This document shows positions 11,641 to 23,800 of a stretch of 64,000 nt of DNA, piece after piece. A model generated the notes under the pieces. It searched no databases and was not told the origin of the DNA. It saw only the letters and a program-made list of their open reading frames with translations. Numbering within the stretch: the stretch's first letter is position 1; each line of letters starts with the position of its first letter. The position numbers and the translations under genes were made by a program. Where the stretch lies: contig NC_068996.1 of NCBI RefSeq assembly GCF_001194135.2, positions 55,055,301 through 55,119,300 of the forward strand, written 5' to 3'. Source of the stretch: Octopus bimaculoides. Its lineage: Eukaryota.

Positions 11641-12558
11641 TTGACCATCACAAATGTGCTAATTTATGCAAATGTTCTTTGCAGCAAATTGCATGACTTG
11701 AAAAAAGTACCAAAATCATTTGGTGCTAGAAAACAACCATTTTACAACAATGTTCTTTGTTACATTCTTATCACATTGACATGTAATTTGTCAGAATTGT
11801 CACATTAATCCAAGATTAAGAAATAAGGACAACATGGTGAAAAGTATCTTTTCTCAAAAGCCAATTGCTAAAATCTTCTTAGATTTCCTCAGCTATGTTT
11901 GTATTTATATTGTGAGCACTAAATAATAACAAAGTAATTTTTGCATTCCATATTTGCTAATCATCTGCCACACTATTTTTGCTCAGTGCATTTGCATACA
12001 CATCCACCTTTCCTGTTCCTCCATCCTATTATGCCTCTTGTATTCACCTTTTACATTGTGTCTTAACTTTACAACTCCCCCCTCTCTCTCCAGGGGTCAA
12101 ACCGTGTATTCACTTCTTCAGTTCTTGTCCCTCTATCCTAGTTTCTTATCCCTTAATACTACTCTACTCCACTCAGTAAAAGGGTCTTGTTTTGCAGGTA
12201 CTTAGTCACTTCACCAGAGTGGGTGCCACGTAAAAAGCACACAGCACACTTCTGTGAAATGGTTGGCAAACCATGCCAAAACAGACAATGGAACCTAGTG
12301 CAGCCCTTTCGTTTATCTGTTCATGTCAAACCATGCAATCCATGCCAGTATGGAGGGGGGGTGGCATTAAATGATGATGATGATTTCTTATTTTCAGTTC
12401 TCAAAATCATTGAATTATGGTTGCTTATCATAAAAAGTGAACTGTATGTTCAGCATGTTAAACTGGTTCACATAACATGCTTTTGAACAATATTGTGTGA
12501 AGGATATTGATTATAATGGATTTCTATTTTCTATTATGCTTTAAAATTAAAATTACAG

Positions 12559-12657
12559 GACTTCCTCCGTGATATATTGTTAGAAGAATCAAAACCAAAT
12601 CTCGAAAAAATAACAACAACTCTACATGAAGCTCAGAAAATGATATTAAGTCGACAG
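12559..12657 (+). CDS. CDAN1: Codanin-1 exon
   Basis: attacag acceptor, GTTAGT donor; DFLRDILLEESKPNLEKITTTLHEAQKMILSRQ (human DVLSLAVG...QTLRCRQ); 99 nt, phase 0-0. Confidence 0.87.
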
Positions 12658-12829
12658 GTTAGTAAAATTCTTATAATTCAAAGCATTTTCATAATATAAC
12701 TAAACTTATCCAGAAGAAAAATTCTTTCCCCATATTTTGTGAAGAATAGATTAAAATATCTGTGAATGTAAAATTTATTATTTTTGTTATTTACATCCAT
12801 TTTTTTAGTTTAATTTCTGACCAAATTGA

Positions 12830-13200
12830 TTTGGGTTCAGTCCTACTTCATGGCACTTTGGGCAAATGCCTTTTACTTCAGCCTGGGTCAGCCAAAGCCT
12901 TGTGAGTGAATTTGACAGACAGAAACTGAAAGAAGCCACGGTGTGTGTGTGTGTGTATTTGGGTCTTGTCTTGATATTGTTTGATTGTTGTAAATGAATG
13001 TCATTAATTTCCAATAGTCTGCAAAATTATGTATGGCCATAGGGAAATATTGCCTTGCATAGAAATACGTGAGGGTGGTGACAGGAAGGACATTCGATCT
13101 TAGAAATTCTACCTCAATAAACTCTGGCTGAACTATGCAAGCAGGGAAAAGTGGAGGTTAAAATGATGATGATGACGGTGGTGGTGGTGGTGGCAGCGGC
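12830..13200 (+). mobile_element. SINE family B variant
   Basis: ggcactttgggcaaatgccttttact...gccaaagccttgtgagtgaattt...aactgaaagaagcc head with a (GAT)-type tail. Confidence 0.6.
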
Positions 13201-13251
13201 GGCTACGACGACGATGATGATAAGATAGAAAAGAAACGACTTTGGTTAAAA

Positions 13252-13383
13252 NNNNNNNNNNNNNNNNNNNNNNNNNNNNNNNNNNNNNNNNNNNNNNNNN
13301 NNNNNNNNNNNNNNNNNNNNNNNNNNNNNNNNNNNNNNNNNNNNNNNNNNNNNNNNNNNNNNNNNNNNNNNNNNNNNNNNNNN
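13252..13383. other. Assembly gap
   Basis: Run of N. Confidence 1.
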
Positions 13384-13404
13384 NTATATATATATATATT
13401 TCAG

Positions 13405-13660
13405 TCTAATCAACATTTTGGAGAGGTTTTATAAATATAGTGAATCCAAACAAAGAAGCACAAACAAGTAAAAACAATAATGTGAGGACGTGGTACAAGA
13501 AGTACTGTATTCTCAGACGCTCAGGAAAGGAAGGAAAGAGGATTTGACATTACGAGCCTTGCTCTTCTTCAGAAGTAGAGGAAAGTTCAAAGGAAGAGAA
13601 AACGGAGGAAGAAAATCACCAACAATACACACGTGGTTACATTTTGAAAATAATAAATAT
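13405..13660 (-). mobile_element. Penelope-like terminal repeat with degenerate hammerhead core
   Basis: - strand 13572-13546 reads CTGAAGA-AGAGC-AAG-GCTC-GTAATGTC (hammerhead CUGANGA/stem II/GAAA-like); hammerheads are known in Penelope-like elements. Confidence 0.45.
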
Positions 13661-13974
13661 ATATTGGTACACAATAGTAGTTTGATCAAGTAAAATATTA
13701 TGTTAAAATTTATGTTATAAAAGGATTTGATAGAGATTTTGATTTAAATCAGAACATTTCATGTGATTGTTCTCAGGCAGATTGACATCAAAAAGGTGAA
13801 TGTCCATTTTCCCATGCAGATATAGGTTGGAGATTCTGCTAATCAGTATATTACTTTTTCACTTAATCGTTCATAATCTCACGTGTTGTTGGTTGTTAGT
13901 TACTTATATCCTAAGTCAATTGTAAGATTATTGAAGAGAATATAAGAGTTCAAACTAATAATTATTGAGTTTCA

Positions 13975-14180
13975 TTCATCATCATCATCATCATCACCAC
14001 TTAATGTTTGTCTTCCATGTTGCCATGTGTCGGACGGTTTGGCAGGAGCTGGCAAGCCAGGGAACTGTATCAAGCTCCAAATATCTGTTTTGACTCGATT
14101 TCTACAGCTGGATGTCTTTCTGAATGCCAACCACTTTACAGAGTGTACTACATGATTTTTTTTTTTACGTGGCACCAGCA
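13975..14180 (-). mobile_element. RTE-LINE 3' end
   Basis: (CAT)n followed by ...ctacagctggatgtctttc... Confidence 0.7.
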
Positions 14181-15045
14181 TGGGCACGTTTTACATGGCA
14201 CAATTACCAGTGATTGTAATATGGAACCAGCACAGATTGATGATATTAAAGCTAGTAGGGTGAAAATATGATACACTGTCGACTTATGTGATTTTGAAGA
14301 GAAAATAATTGATTGTGATGTTAATGGAGGGTCTTCTAAGAGGGAATTGGAAAATATCTTTGGCAGTAGTAAAGCAATTAAGACTCGAGAAAAATAGATC
14401 AGATGAGGAAACAAGATGGCACGGCATTGAGATGAAATAAGAGAAAAAAATTTAGAAAAATAATAATGATGATTTTAACAACAACAACAATAGCATTAGA
14501 AGATAACCCTCTCTAACCTGGGCCCCTGTACCTGGTTTTACCTTCTACCTAAGCTCCCGAGTGAAAAACTAAATAGTTGCATATAGAGTTTGATTGCAAG
14601 CAGATTAATGCACAGAATTCTCTGCATCTTCTTTTTCTGTGTTCTTCATTGTTGCTTGACTGGGAATCCAGCAGAGATACCATTTAACTTATTCTTGCTG
14701 TAGCGGCAACGCAGTGTATCAGGGTTGAGATTACTTGGATGCTAACCTTGATAATGACTAAGATCATAATGTTTCTGTTTTTAATTACTAAATATTGTTT
14801 ACAAAAAATACTAAAGAAAGTCCCCCCTCCACCACCACCCTTAAATTAATATTGGTTTCAAATTTTGGCACAAGGCCAGCAGATTCTTAAGAAGTGGCTA
14901 AGTTTTTGACCCCAGTATTCAACTGGTACTTATTTTATCAACCCTGAAAGGACGAAAAGCAAAGTTGACCTCAGAACCTGAAGATGGATGAAATGCTGCT
15001 AAGCATTTTGTCTGGTATGCTAACCATTCTGCCAGCTTGCTACCT

Positions 15046-15415
15046 TCATCATCGTTTAATGACCGCTTTCCATGCTGGCATGGGTTGGACAGTTTGACTG
15101 AGGGCTGGCAAGCCAGGAAGCTGCAACGGGCACCAATCTGATTTGGCAAGATTTCTACAGGTGGATGCCCTTCCTAACACCAACCACTCCAAGAGTGTAG
15201 TGGGTGCTTTTTATGTGCCACCAGCACAGGAGCCAGTCAGGCAGCACTGGCAACGACCACACTCGAATGGTGCCTTTTATGTGCCACCAGCACAGGAGCC
15301 AGTCAGGCAGCACTGGCAACGACCACACTCGAATGGTGCCTTTTATGTGCCACTGGCACAGGAGCCAGTCAGGTGGCACTGGCAATGACCACACTCGAAT
15401 GGTGCTTTTTACGTA
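15046..15415 (-). mobile_element. RTE-LINE 3' end containing ~3.3 tandem 66-bp units
   Basis: ttatgtgcca recurs at 15211, 15277 and 15343 with near-identical intervening sequence. Confidence 0.85.
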
Positions 15416-15483
15416 CTAAAATCCAAATATACATTTGCTGTGTAGCAGTTATTGATGTTATTGTAATGAATTCTTTATTTCAG

Positions 15484-15547
15484 GACATAACTGTTGGTGT
15501 TGTGAAAACCTTAAAAGACATAACATTGTATTTGGCCATTGAACTCA
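15484..15547 (+). CDS. CDAN1: Codanin-1 exon
   Basis: tttatttcag acceptor, GTGAGT donor; DITVGVVKTLKDITLYLAIEL; phase 0-1. Confidence 0.82.
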
Positions 15548-16420
15548 GTGAGTATTCAGCCCTAGTTTTTGTAATTAATTACAACTCTTTTTCTTCATTT
15601 TTTTCTGACATTATGAAGTCATTGAATTATTTACCTCCGTAAAGTTTCATGGATAAAATTAATTTTGACAACCCTATCATGTGTGCATGTGTCTTTTTTT
15701 TGTTTAAGTTTAGCATGTTTATAATACTTCATCTGCAAAAAAAAAATAATAATAATGAAAATTAAAATAAAATGTATTTTGTCAATATATTTCTGATAAT
15801 AAACTAAAATGTCTGGCAACTAAGAGAATCTTAAATGTAGCATTTATAAACCCCTAAAATAGTTCTCGATTTAAACAAGGTATAAAAAATGTCTATCCAT
15901 AATAAAATGTTTTCTTTGATTGATCTATTTTCAATGGTATGTCATTTACTCATTCACTGATTGGGTTGAAATAGAACTATGAAAAAAAAAAACACGCAAT
16001 TGCTTATCCAATCTTTCTGTTACATATGTAAACTGTCCACTTCAACAAGTACTGTTATTATTCCATCTTCTCACTATTATTCGAGTGCAGCAACCAATTT
16101 GAAAATTTATAATACCATATTAATGAGAAATTACTATAAAACATTATTTTTTAGTCATTAATAATTTCTGCACACACCACTGCTTCTGCCTCCACCCCAA
16201 CCCCATTTTATTTTTGAAAAATAATAAAATTCTTGCATCTTGTGATGCTTGGATTATTAATGTTACTCTCCAGTTTGGAATTTAAAAAAATAACTTTTGT
16301 CTAGTAGTTTCTGTGTAACAACCAAATAGACAAAGAACTTAATCAGTTTATTATAATATGCACTTCTTGCATATACATTATTTTACTGATTGCAAATGTC
16401 CTTTGTAGTTTGTTAATTAG

Positions 16421-16456
16421 TAGTTGTGTTCAACTCTCTCCAAGAAGAGACATATG
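16421..16456 (+). CDS. CDAN1: Possible small codanin-1 exon (IVVFNSLQEETY)
   Basis: TACTGAT branch-like site and TAGTAG tandem acceptor; phase 1-1 and open; donor GTGACC is weak and the exon is not needed to keep frame. Confidence 0.3.
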
Positions 16457-17108
16457 GTGACCATATGGAACTCAGTGCAAAGCAACATGCTTGAAAGCAG
16501 TTCGTTCTCTGCCAGTCAAAAATTTAGGGTTCTATATGTAATTTTTATTCTACAGCAATTTTAAATATGTAGTTGTGTGGTCAGGAAGCTTACAACCCAA
16601 CCACATGGGCAGGAGGCTTCTACTATGGTGCCAGGTTGACCAAAGCGTTGCAAATGGATTTGGTAAATGGAAACTGAAAGAAGCTCATCATGCGTGTGTG
16701 TATTATCTTGTTTGGACAGTGATTGATAAATGTAAAATGAGTGTCACTATCATCCAAGCAGTCTCATCCATTTCCAATATTCTGTTAGAATATATCTGGC
16801 CATGAGGGAGTATTATCTTGCTCAGAAACAGATGAGGGTTGGTGACACGATAATCTGCCTCAATAAACTCCATCCAAGTTTTGCAAGTATTGAAAAGTAG
16901 ATGTTAGATGATGGTGATGGTGGCTGCGGCAGTGATGATGATTTTTTTTTTGTTTTTTTTGTTTTTTTGCAGTATAGGAATATATCTCAAATATATAAGC
17001 ACTTTCACATGATAAATTAATTTGTGATATTCATTTGTTATTACTATTTCGGTTAATATTATATATATGTATGTATGTGTATATTTGTAGTTATTAACTA
17101 TCCTGTAG

Positions 17109-17233
17109 ACTGGGGTGAAGTAAAGAAACTGTTCTTCGATTTTTGGAACAATCACCTTCGAGATAAGAATTCAGAACTTGCACTCGATTATGGTAAATTA
17201 GAAAGGTTGTTGTACAAATCTCCTAAAAAACAG
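17109..17233 (+). CDS. CDAN1: Codanin-1 exon
   Basis: tcctgtag acceptor, GTAACT donor; WGEVKKLFFDFWNNHLRDKNSELALDYGKLERLLYKSPKKQ (aligns loosely with human LLHMLLSLWKEDF...); phase 1-0. Confidence 0.8.
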
Positions 17234-17389
17234 GTAACTTTTTTTGGAAAATACTTTATTTCTATTGTAAATTGTTTTTGAGATCTATCTTAGTAATTTT
17301 ACAACTTATTTAATATTTAGTAAGTCTATAATCTACGCTTAAATAAATTCCTTGTATTACTGTCATAGATTATAAGGTAAGTTCCTATT

Positions 17390-17995
17390 GTCACCAGGTC
17401 CAGGCTGTGACAATTGGTTGTAATTGTGTGTTATTTAATTTATGTCAGAAATGCACAACTCTCTTCTATTCATATTTTAATTTCCACTCCTTTAACAAGT
17501 AATCAACTGATTGGGTTTAATTAGATTTAATATGCAAACAGATGTGATAGCAATTTGGTTGTGTAATGTTCCAGATTGAATAATTGAGGCATTGTTTTCA
17601 ATTCAAATCTTTACAAAACTCTAATTCCTCCCCATGTGTATGACGTAAAGTTGTTTTTGCTGTTGTGTATTATTGGTCAGTGCTCATCAAAATACACTGA
17701 TCTATAGTTCTGGATATGCCACACTTTCAAGTTGAGAACCAAACAGCATGTTCTTTTGACCTACAGGGATGTGTACTTCAGTGCACATCCCTACATGTAA
17801 ATCTGGACTCAGTGGTAAAGATTGTGTTCTTTGGATACTGTATCAACAGTTAGCAGATCAAATGAAAGCATTTCCCTAAGTAAGGCATGTGTAAAATTTG
17901 AATGAAATTGGTTGTGTAGTTCTGGAGTTTTAGGGATTCACACAGACACACACACACTCAGACATACATTCTCAATTTTATATATATATAGATAG
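17390..17995 (-). mobile_element. Possible non-autonomous Helitron-like element
   Basis: - strand start TCTATATATATATAAAATTGAGAATGTATGTCTG (Helitron-like 5' TC...); end has hairpin ttgtcac...gtgacaa followed by tag. Confidence 0.35.
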
Positions 17996-18205
17996 ATATT
18001 TGTGTATGTGTCTGTGTTTGTCTCCCCACCATTGCTTGACAATCAATGCTGGTGTATTTACGTCCCCGTAGCTTAGCAGTTCAACAAAACGAGACCAATA
18101 GAATAAGTAGTAGGCTTACAAAGAATAAGTCCTGGGATCAATTTGTTTGACTAAAGGCAGTGCTCCAGCATGGCCACAGTCAAATGACTGAAACAAATGA
18201 AAGAA
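17996..18205 (+). mobile_element. SINE family B 3' half
   Basis: gcttgacaatcaatgctggtg...aataagtagtaggcttacaaagaataagtcctggg...cagcatggccacagtcaaatgactgaaac. Confidence 0.8.
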
Positions 18206-18324
18206 CAAATTAGACAATGCTTCAGAAAAACTGTATTACTCTAATATATACATTTAGTTTATTGTTCATAAATCTTATTCTTTTCTATTTTAAAGTATTT
18301 TAATTTCCTTTTTTAAATTTATAG

Positions 18325-18405
18325 TTATCTCAGTTTCATCTTAAAAACCTGAGTGCAGTAATATTAGGACTCCCTGCCAGCTCGTATATTGTTGATGAAT
18401 TATGA
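18325..18405 (+). CDS. CDAN1: Probable last coding exon of codanin-1 (LSQFHLKNLSAVILGLPASSYIVDEL*)
   Basis: Pyrimidine-rich acceptor ending ttatag; only phase 0 is open and matches the previous donor; TGA at 18403-18405, then G|GTTTGT donor. Confidence 0.55.
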   Translation, partial: LSQFHLKNLSAVILGLPASSYIVDEL

Positions 18406-18779
18406 GGTTTGTAAAATTTCCTACTTGCTTTTATATTCCTTTATAGTTCCAATGATTGCAATCGTATTCAGTCCTAACAGATCATTTAGATTCACTTTGT
18501 TCAGGAGAAGTTTAAAAATATTACTGCTGAGACAGTGTCATGTTTTATCAATTGTTTTTTAGGTGTCTGTGTAGTTGTGAGGTGATACAGATGCCCTCCT
18601 GACCCATTGAAACATGCAAGATTTGATAACTATAGGCAGAGAGGGCTACAGTTGTACTCATTTCCAGCTGAGTAGACTGGAAAATGGCAAAAGAAGTGCT
18701 TTGCTCAAGGACACAACATGTTGTCAGGTCCAGGAACTGAAATGAGTGATTTTAACCTCTAGGCCTCATGAAAACCTAC

Positions 18780-19420
18780 ACACATCATCATTTAACATCC
18801 ACTTTCCATGCTGGCATGGGTTGCACAGTTTGACAAGAGCTGGCTAGGCAGAAGACTGCATGAGGCTTCAGTGTTTGTTTTGGCAGGGTTTTTACGGCTG
18901 GATGCCCTTCCTAACACCGGCCACAGAGCAGAGTGGAGTGAGTGCTTTTTATGTGGCACAAGCACAGGCAAGGTTTGTACAGCTGGATGCCCTTCCAGAT
19001 GCCAACCACTTTACAATGTGTACTGGATGCTTTTTACATGGCACCAACACTGGTAGGGTCACCAAGTAACTTGCAAGACAAGGATCCTTTGAGAGGGGAA
19101 GGGGCATTGGAGGAGGTGATCTTGTGCCAGATAATAAAAGGTTAGTGTGACAGGGACAAACAGGTGTCTTGCTATTGAGGAAGTACATGAGAGAGAGAGA
19201 GAGTGATTAAGAATGAGGACAGAAATAGGTGAGTTGCTGTAGAGGAAATACTTGGTTAACCAGTCAGAGGGGGAGAGAGAGAGAATAGAAGTGCAGTGAG
19301 TGGAGGAGAGAGATGGTGGCAAAGTGCCAGGGCATACTCACAAGGAACGGGGATCAGAATACAAGTGGGATGGTAGAATAGAGCAAAAGAACAGATGTAA
19401 ATGATAAGTTTTTGTCTATC
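18780..19420 (-). mobile_element. RTE-LINE 3' end, variant subfamily
   Basis: (CAT)n tail, duplicated cagctggatgcccttcc module; shares its upstream part with 48760-49260. Confidence 0.7.
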
Positions 19421-19619
19421 AAAATTCATTCATAAGGTGTTGGCCAGCCAAGGCTATAGATGAAAGCTTTGCTCGGGGCAACATACTGTGGTATTGAACC
19501 AGAAACCATCTTTCAAGGTGAATTTCTTTTCCACAGAGCCATTCCTGAGTAAAATTTTTCAATGAGAACCTTTTTAATGTTTGGTTGACACCATGTTTGT
19601 ATGAATACATACACATTTG

Positions 19620-20008
19620 TGTATAACCAAGTGGGTGCATATATGTGTGTGTGAAAGGCTTAGACCCAGGAAGACATGGGATGAAGTGGTGAGAAAGGAC
19701 CTTTGGATGCTGGGCCTCACTGACAAAATGAGAAGTGACCAGTAAAATCACTGTCATCCATACATAAAGCCTTGTCCTTTATAAGTGCCAGTGCAACATA
19801 AGATGCACTTGTGCTGCATAAATACACCCGTGCTAGTACCATATAAAAAGTACCCAAAACACTCTGTTAAGTGGTTGGCATTAGGAAAGGCATCCAACCG
19901 TAGAAACCATGCAACAGCAGACAATTGGAGTTGGGCCAGCTTCTGTCAAACTGCCCAACCCACGCCAGCATGGAAAACAGACATTAAACAATGATGATGA
20001 TGATGATG

Positions 20009-20010
<2 letters not shown>
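19620..20010 (+). mobile_element. RTE-LINE 3' end with ORF2 terminus
   Basis: agacccaggaagacatgggatgaagtggtgagaaaggacc (RPRKTWDEVVRKD), then 3'UTR and (GAT)n. Confidence 0.8.
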
Positions 20011-20053
<43 letters not shown>

Positions 20054-20190
20054 GTTTAACGTCCGCTTTCCATGCTAGCATGGGTTGGACGATTTGACTG
20101 AGGACTGGTGAAACCGGATGGCAACACCAGGCTCCAGTCTAATTTGGCAGAGTTTCTACAGCTGGATGCCCTTCCTAACGCCAACCACTC
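20011..20190 (-). mobile_element. Young RTE-LINE 3' end, tail-to-tail with the previous copy
   Basis: (CAT)n then cgtttaacgtccgctttccatgctagc...; near-identical to 27593-27750. Confidence 0.85.
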
Positions 20191-20565
20191 ATATATATAT
20201 ATGTATATATATAATATTGTGTGTGAAATCTTATTTACCATTGTGCAGTTGGTTACAAATGCTTTCATAATCAGATTAGCTGTTTTCTCTTAAATTATAA
20301 CTCAAAATTTTTTTCAGGCAAGGCTAGAAACATTTTCTTACATAGTCTAAAATCATAAGTTCTCTGGTGTGTTATTTAATTTTCCTTGTGTGTGTGTGTT
20401 TGGATTTTTTTATTGTTTTGTATATGTATGAATGTAAACAGGTTTGGATGTGTATCTTGTAATTATTTGCATGAACAAAAAGTAAAACAAAATGTTCTGC
20501 CAATTATGTAAATTTGATATGTTAAATTCAGTTTAAAAATGTTAATGTTTTATTTTGTTTTGTAG

Positions 20566-20700
20566 GAACCTGGTTTTGAAAAGTGTAAATACCAAATATG
20601 ATTGTTAATGAAATGGCTCTGCAAAATAAACTTGCAGTAATTTGGTTCTGTGGTAGAATTTTAACAAAATTTTATTAAATCTAAAAAACTTTTTTTATAT
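20566..20700 (+). other. CDAN1: Probable terminal (3'UTR or alternative coding) exon of CDAN1
   Basis: Strong acceptor ttttattttgttttgtag; AATAAA at 20625-20630; a Tigger element begins at 20824. The end coordinate is approximate. Confidence 0.45.
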
Positions 20701-20823
20701 TGGAACTCAAACTTTAAATTGTTCCTTCGGATGAAAAGAAATTTTGATTTTCTCCTGTTTAGCAGTGTTTGTGATTATATTCTATATTTTTATACTTTTT
20801 CCAAAAAAATACCCTATTTTACA

Positions 20824-23800
20824 CAGTGGAATACTCATATACAAATGGTTATGGAGAAAATTAAATCCGCATTATGTGCTAGAATTTGATTAACAAGCCA
20901 CAAACATGTGAAACTTGGAGAATGTATACAAATGGTATACTAAATGAACATATTATATTGTGAACAGTTTCTCTGAAAAAAGTTATAATCTGTCAGTCAA
21001 CTGACATTTGAACAAAAAGTGTTTGGAACAATATTTACGAACGATTTGTTAACATCCTTGTATACATTTCATATAGTTTATAAATTTCTATATTTTTTAT
21101 GGAAAATAATAATGTTATTCATAGTTTTTTGTTAAAAACATAACCATGGATTGATAAAAGCAAGTTAGAAAATCAGTTACCATAGAAACTAAGTAGGAAA
21201 TAATGTGTAAGCACGAAAAGGAAACAAGTTTTCATAACTTTAGTTCAAAGTATAGAAGAGCAAAAATCAACACTCTACACCAAAATTGAGAAACAAGTAT
21301 AAATTGGAAAGTATTCAGGTAGTTAAGAGATTAACTGAACTTAGTAATTTATTATAGAGATGGAAAATTTATTTTTGGTGTAGGTTAAAGAGAAAGAAAT
21401 CGTTTGTGATTGTATAAGGGGAATTGATAATTTGTGCAAAAGCCAAACAATTGTCTGATGATATCGGAGCAAATTCTTTTGGTAAAAGTGATACAACAGT
21501 GCTGGATTCTCTTGCTTCAGAGGGTTAGTATATCAGATTCCTAAAAAGAAATGAGTTACATAGTGCTGTGAGGAATGGCAAGTCTGCTACTACACACCTT
21601 AAGGCAGCACATGAATACCAATTTATGTTTTTAAAGGTTATTGATAAGAGTAGCTTCATTTCACAGCAAGTGTTTAGGTGTGACAAAATGTGGCTTTTTT
21701 TGGAAAAAAAGATGCATTTTGGAGTAAATAAGAGAGTTCAGTGCGAGCTCACAAGCTGATGAAAGATCAGCTAACTTTATTTCTTTGTGCAAATGCTTCT
21801 GGAGACTGTAATGTAGAGCCTGTCTTCATTTACCATTCATAAACCTCCCAGGCATTCAAAAACATTCATAAGAATCATCTTATAGCTTTATGGCAGTCAA
21901 ACCACAAGGCTTAAGTAACCAGGAATCTTTTCACTGAATTGTTGTCTGATGTGTTTTGCCTTATTATGTACGAGTACCTTGGATAACAATCTTCTTTGCA
22001 AATCCCATTTGGTCATGAATAATGCCCCTTCCCATCTTCCATATTTGATGGACCAGTTGATGAAAATTGTAAAAGTGCATTTTATGCCTCCCAACACAAC
22101 TTCTCTTGTGTAGCATAATGGACCAGCAGCTCATTTCTAATTTAAGAAAAAAACTCTTTTCAATGGCTCTCTTTAGAAAATGTTTTGAGGCTAATTCTTC
22201 CAGTGATATGACGCTGAAGGACTTTCAGAAAAGTCAGTTCAATATTACTGATGTAGTGCTAATGTTTGTTGCAGTTTGGAAGGAAAGAGGCTTCAGTGAA
22301 TTGCTTATGTGCTACTTGGAAACCATTGTGGCCTGCAGTTGTGTTTCTAAGAGACTTCGAGGAAGTGGAAGAAGAGCCTCCTGTGCATGATATCATCATT
22401 CTAGGCAATGCCATAAGTCTTGAGGAGGATATTGAAGAATTGGTAGTGGAGTACAAGAGTGAACTCACCAAAGGATGTAGGGACAGTGAAGATTGCACTG
22501 TTTTCTGATTAAGATGAGCATGGGAGAAGGGAGAATATTTCCTTCCAAGTGTCTTAGGGAGTTATTCTCTTGTTGGAATACAATCTGTAAAAGGTCAAGG
22601 AATATCACAATGGTGCTAGGACTGAATCACTTCAATAACACAGTGATACTTTTAGAGGTGCTAGAAATACAGGTTAAAAGTAGTCAACTCTAGATGCCTT
22701 CTTACAAAGAGGATAAAACAATCTTCAACTACAGTAGAATCATCAATTTCTTCTGAGCCATCTTTTATGCAAGAAACTGTACAAAAGATAGCTAAGATGG
22801 ACAACTCTTCTGCTTTCACCTTTTCTCATTTTTAACCCCTCCCCTCCCTCCTCTTCTGTTTCATCTCTGTATGCTGAACAATCTGCGTACTAAGCTAAGT
22901 GTACATCTATTTACATGTACTTTTATTACTGCATATTTGATTTTCATACGTTCATTAATTTAATATCCATTTTCTATGCTGGATGGATGCTTCATTAGAA
23001 ATCGGATTTTACAGATAGATGTGAGTTCACAGCTGTAACCTACACCAGTGTCACACAACCAGCCCACACAAAAGTACGTTGGATCGTAGGGCAACATGCC
23101 GTGCTTGAGGAGACCTTTTGAGTGAAGTACATCAAAATCAAATGGAAATTGTAGTTGTGATCCTCGTGCCTGTGGCACATAAAAAGCACCAACTGATCAC
23201 GGCCAATGCCAGCGCCACCTTGACTGCTTCTGTGCCAGTGGCACATGAAAAGCACCAACCGATCATAGTCATTGTCAGCCCCCTCTGGCCCTCGTGCCAA
23301 TGGCACATAAAAAGCACCCACTGCACTCTCGGAGTGGTTGGCGTTAGGAAGGGCATCCAGCTGTAGAAACTCTGCCAGATCAGATTGGAGCCTGATGCAG
23401 CCATCTGACTTCCCAAACCCCAGTTGAACTGTCCAACCCATGCCAGCATGGAAAACGGACGTTAAGCGATGGTGATGATGCTCTTTCTGCCACTAACCCC
23501 AACCTGTCTTCAAGTAAGAGACATCATTTTATTCTACACATATAGACCTTTCCTCAACTATCAAACAACCCAGAGGCCTTTTCATGGAGAACTACAGACA
23601 AATTGACACTGACACGAGAGCCAGTCAGGAGGTACTGGCAACGGCCATGTTCATAATGGTGTATTTTATGTGCCACCTACACAGGAGCCAGTCCGGCAGC
23701 ACTGGCAACGACCTCGCTCAAATGTCTTTTCACGTGCCACTGGCACAAGTGCCAGGAAGGCGACGCTGGTAACGATTACGCTCAAATGGTATTATCTACG

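Noticed and set aside
15143-15419. Regularly spaced repeats and repeated-peptide ORFs (CRISPR-like at first glance)
   Set aside because: The units are contiguous 66-bp tandem repeats without unique spacers, within a retrotransposon 3'UTR; no cas genes; eukaryotic context.
19909-20097. Poly-Asp/poly-His ORF
   Set aside because: Translation of the (GAT)n/(CAT)n tails of two RTE copies.
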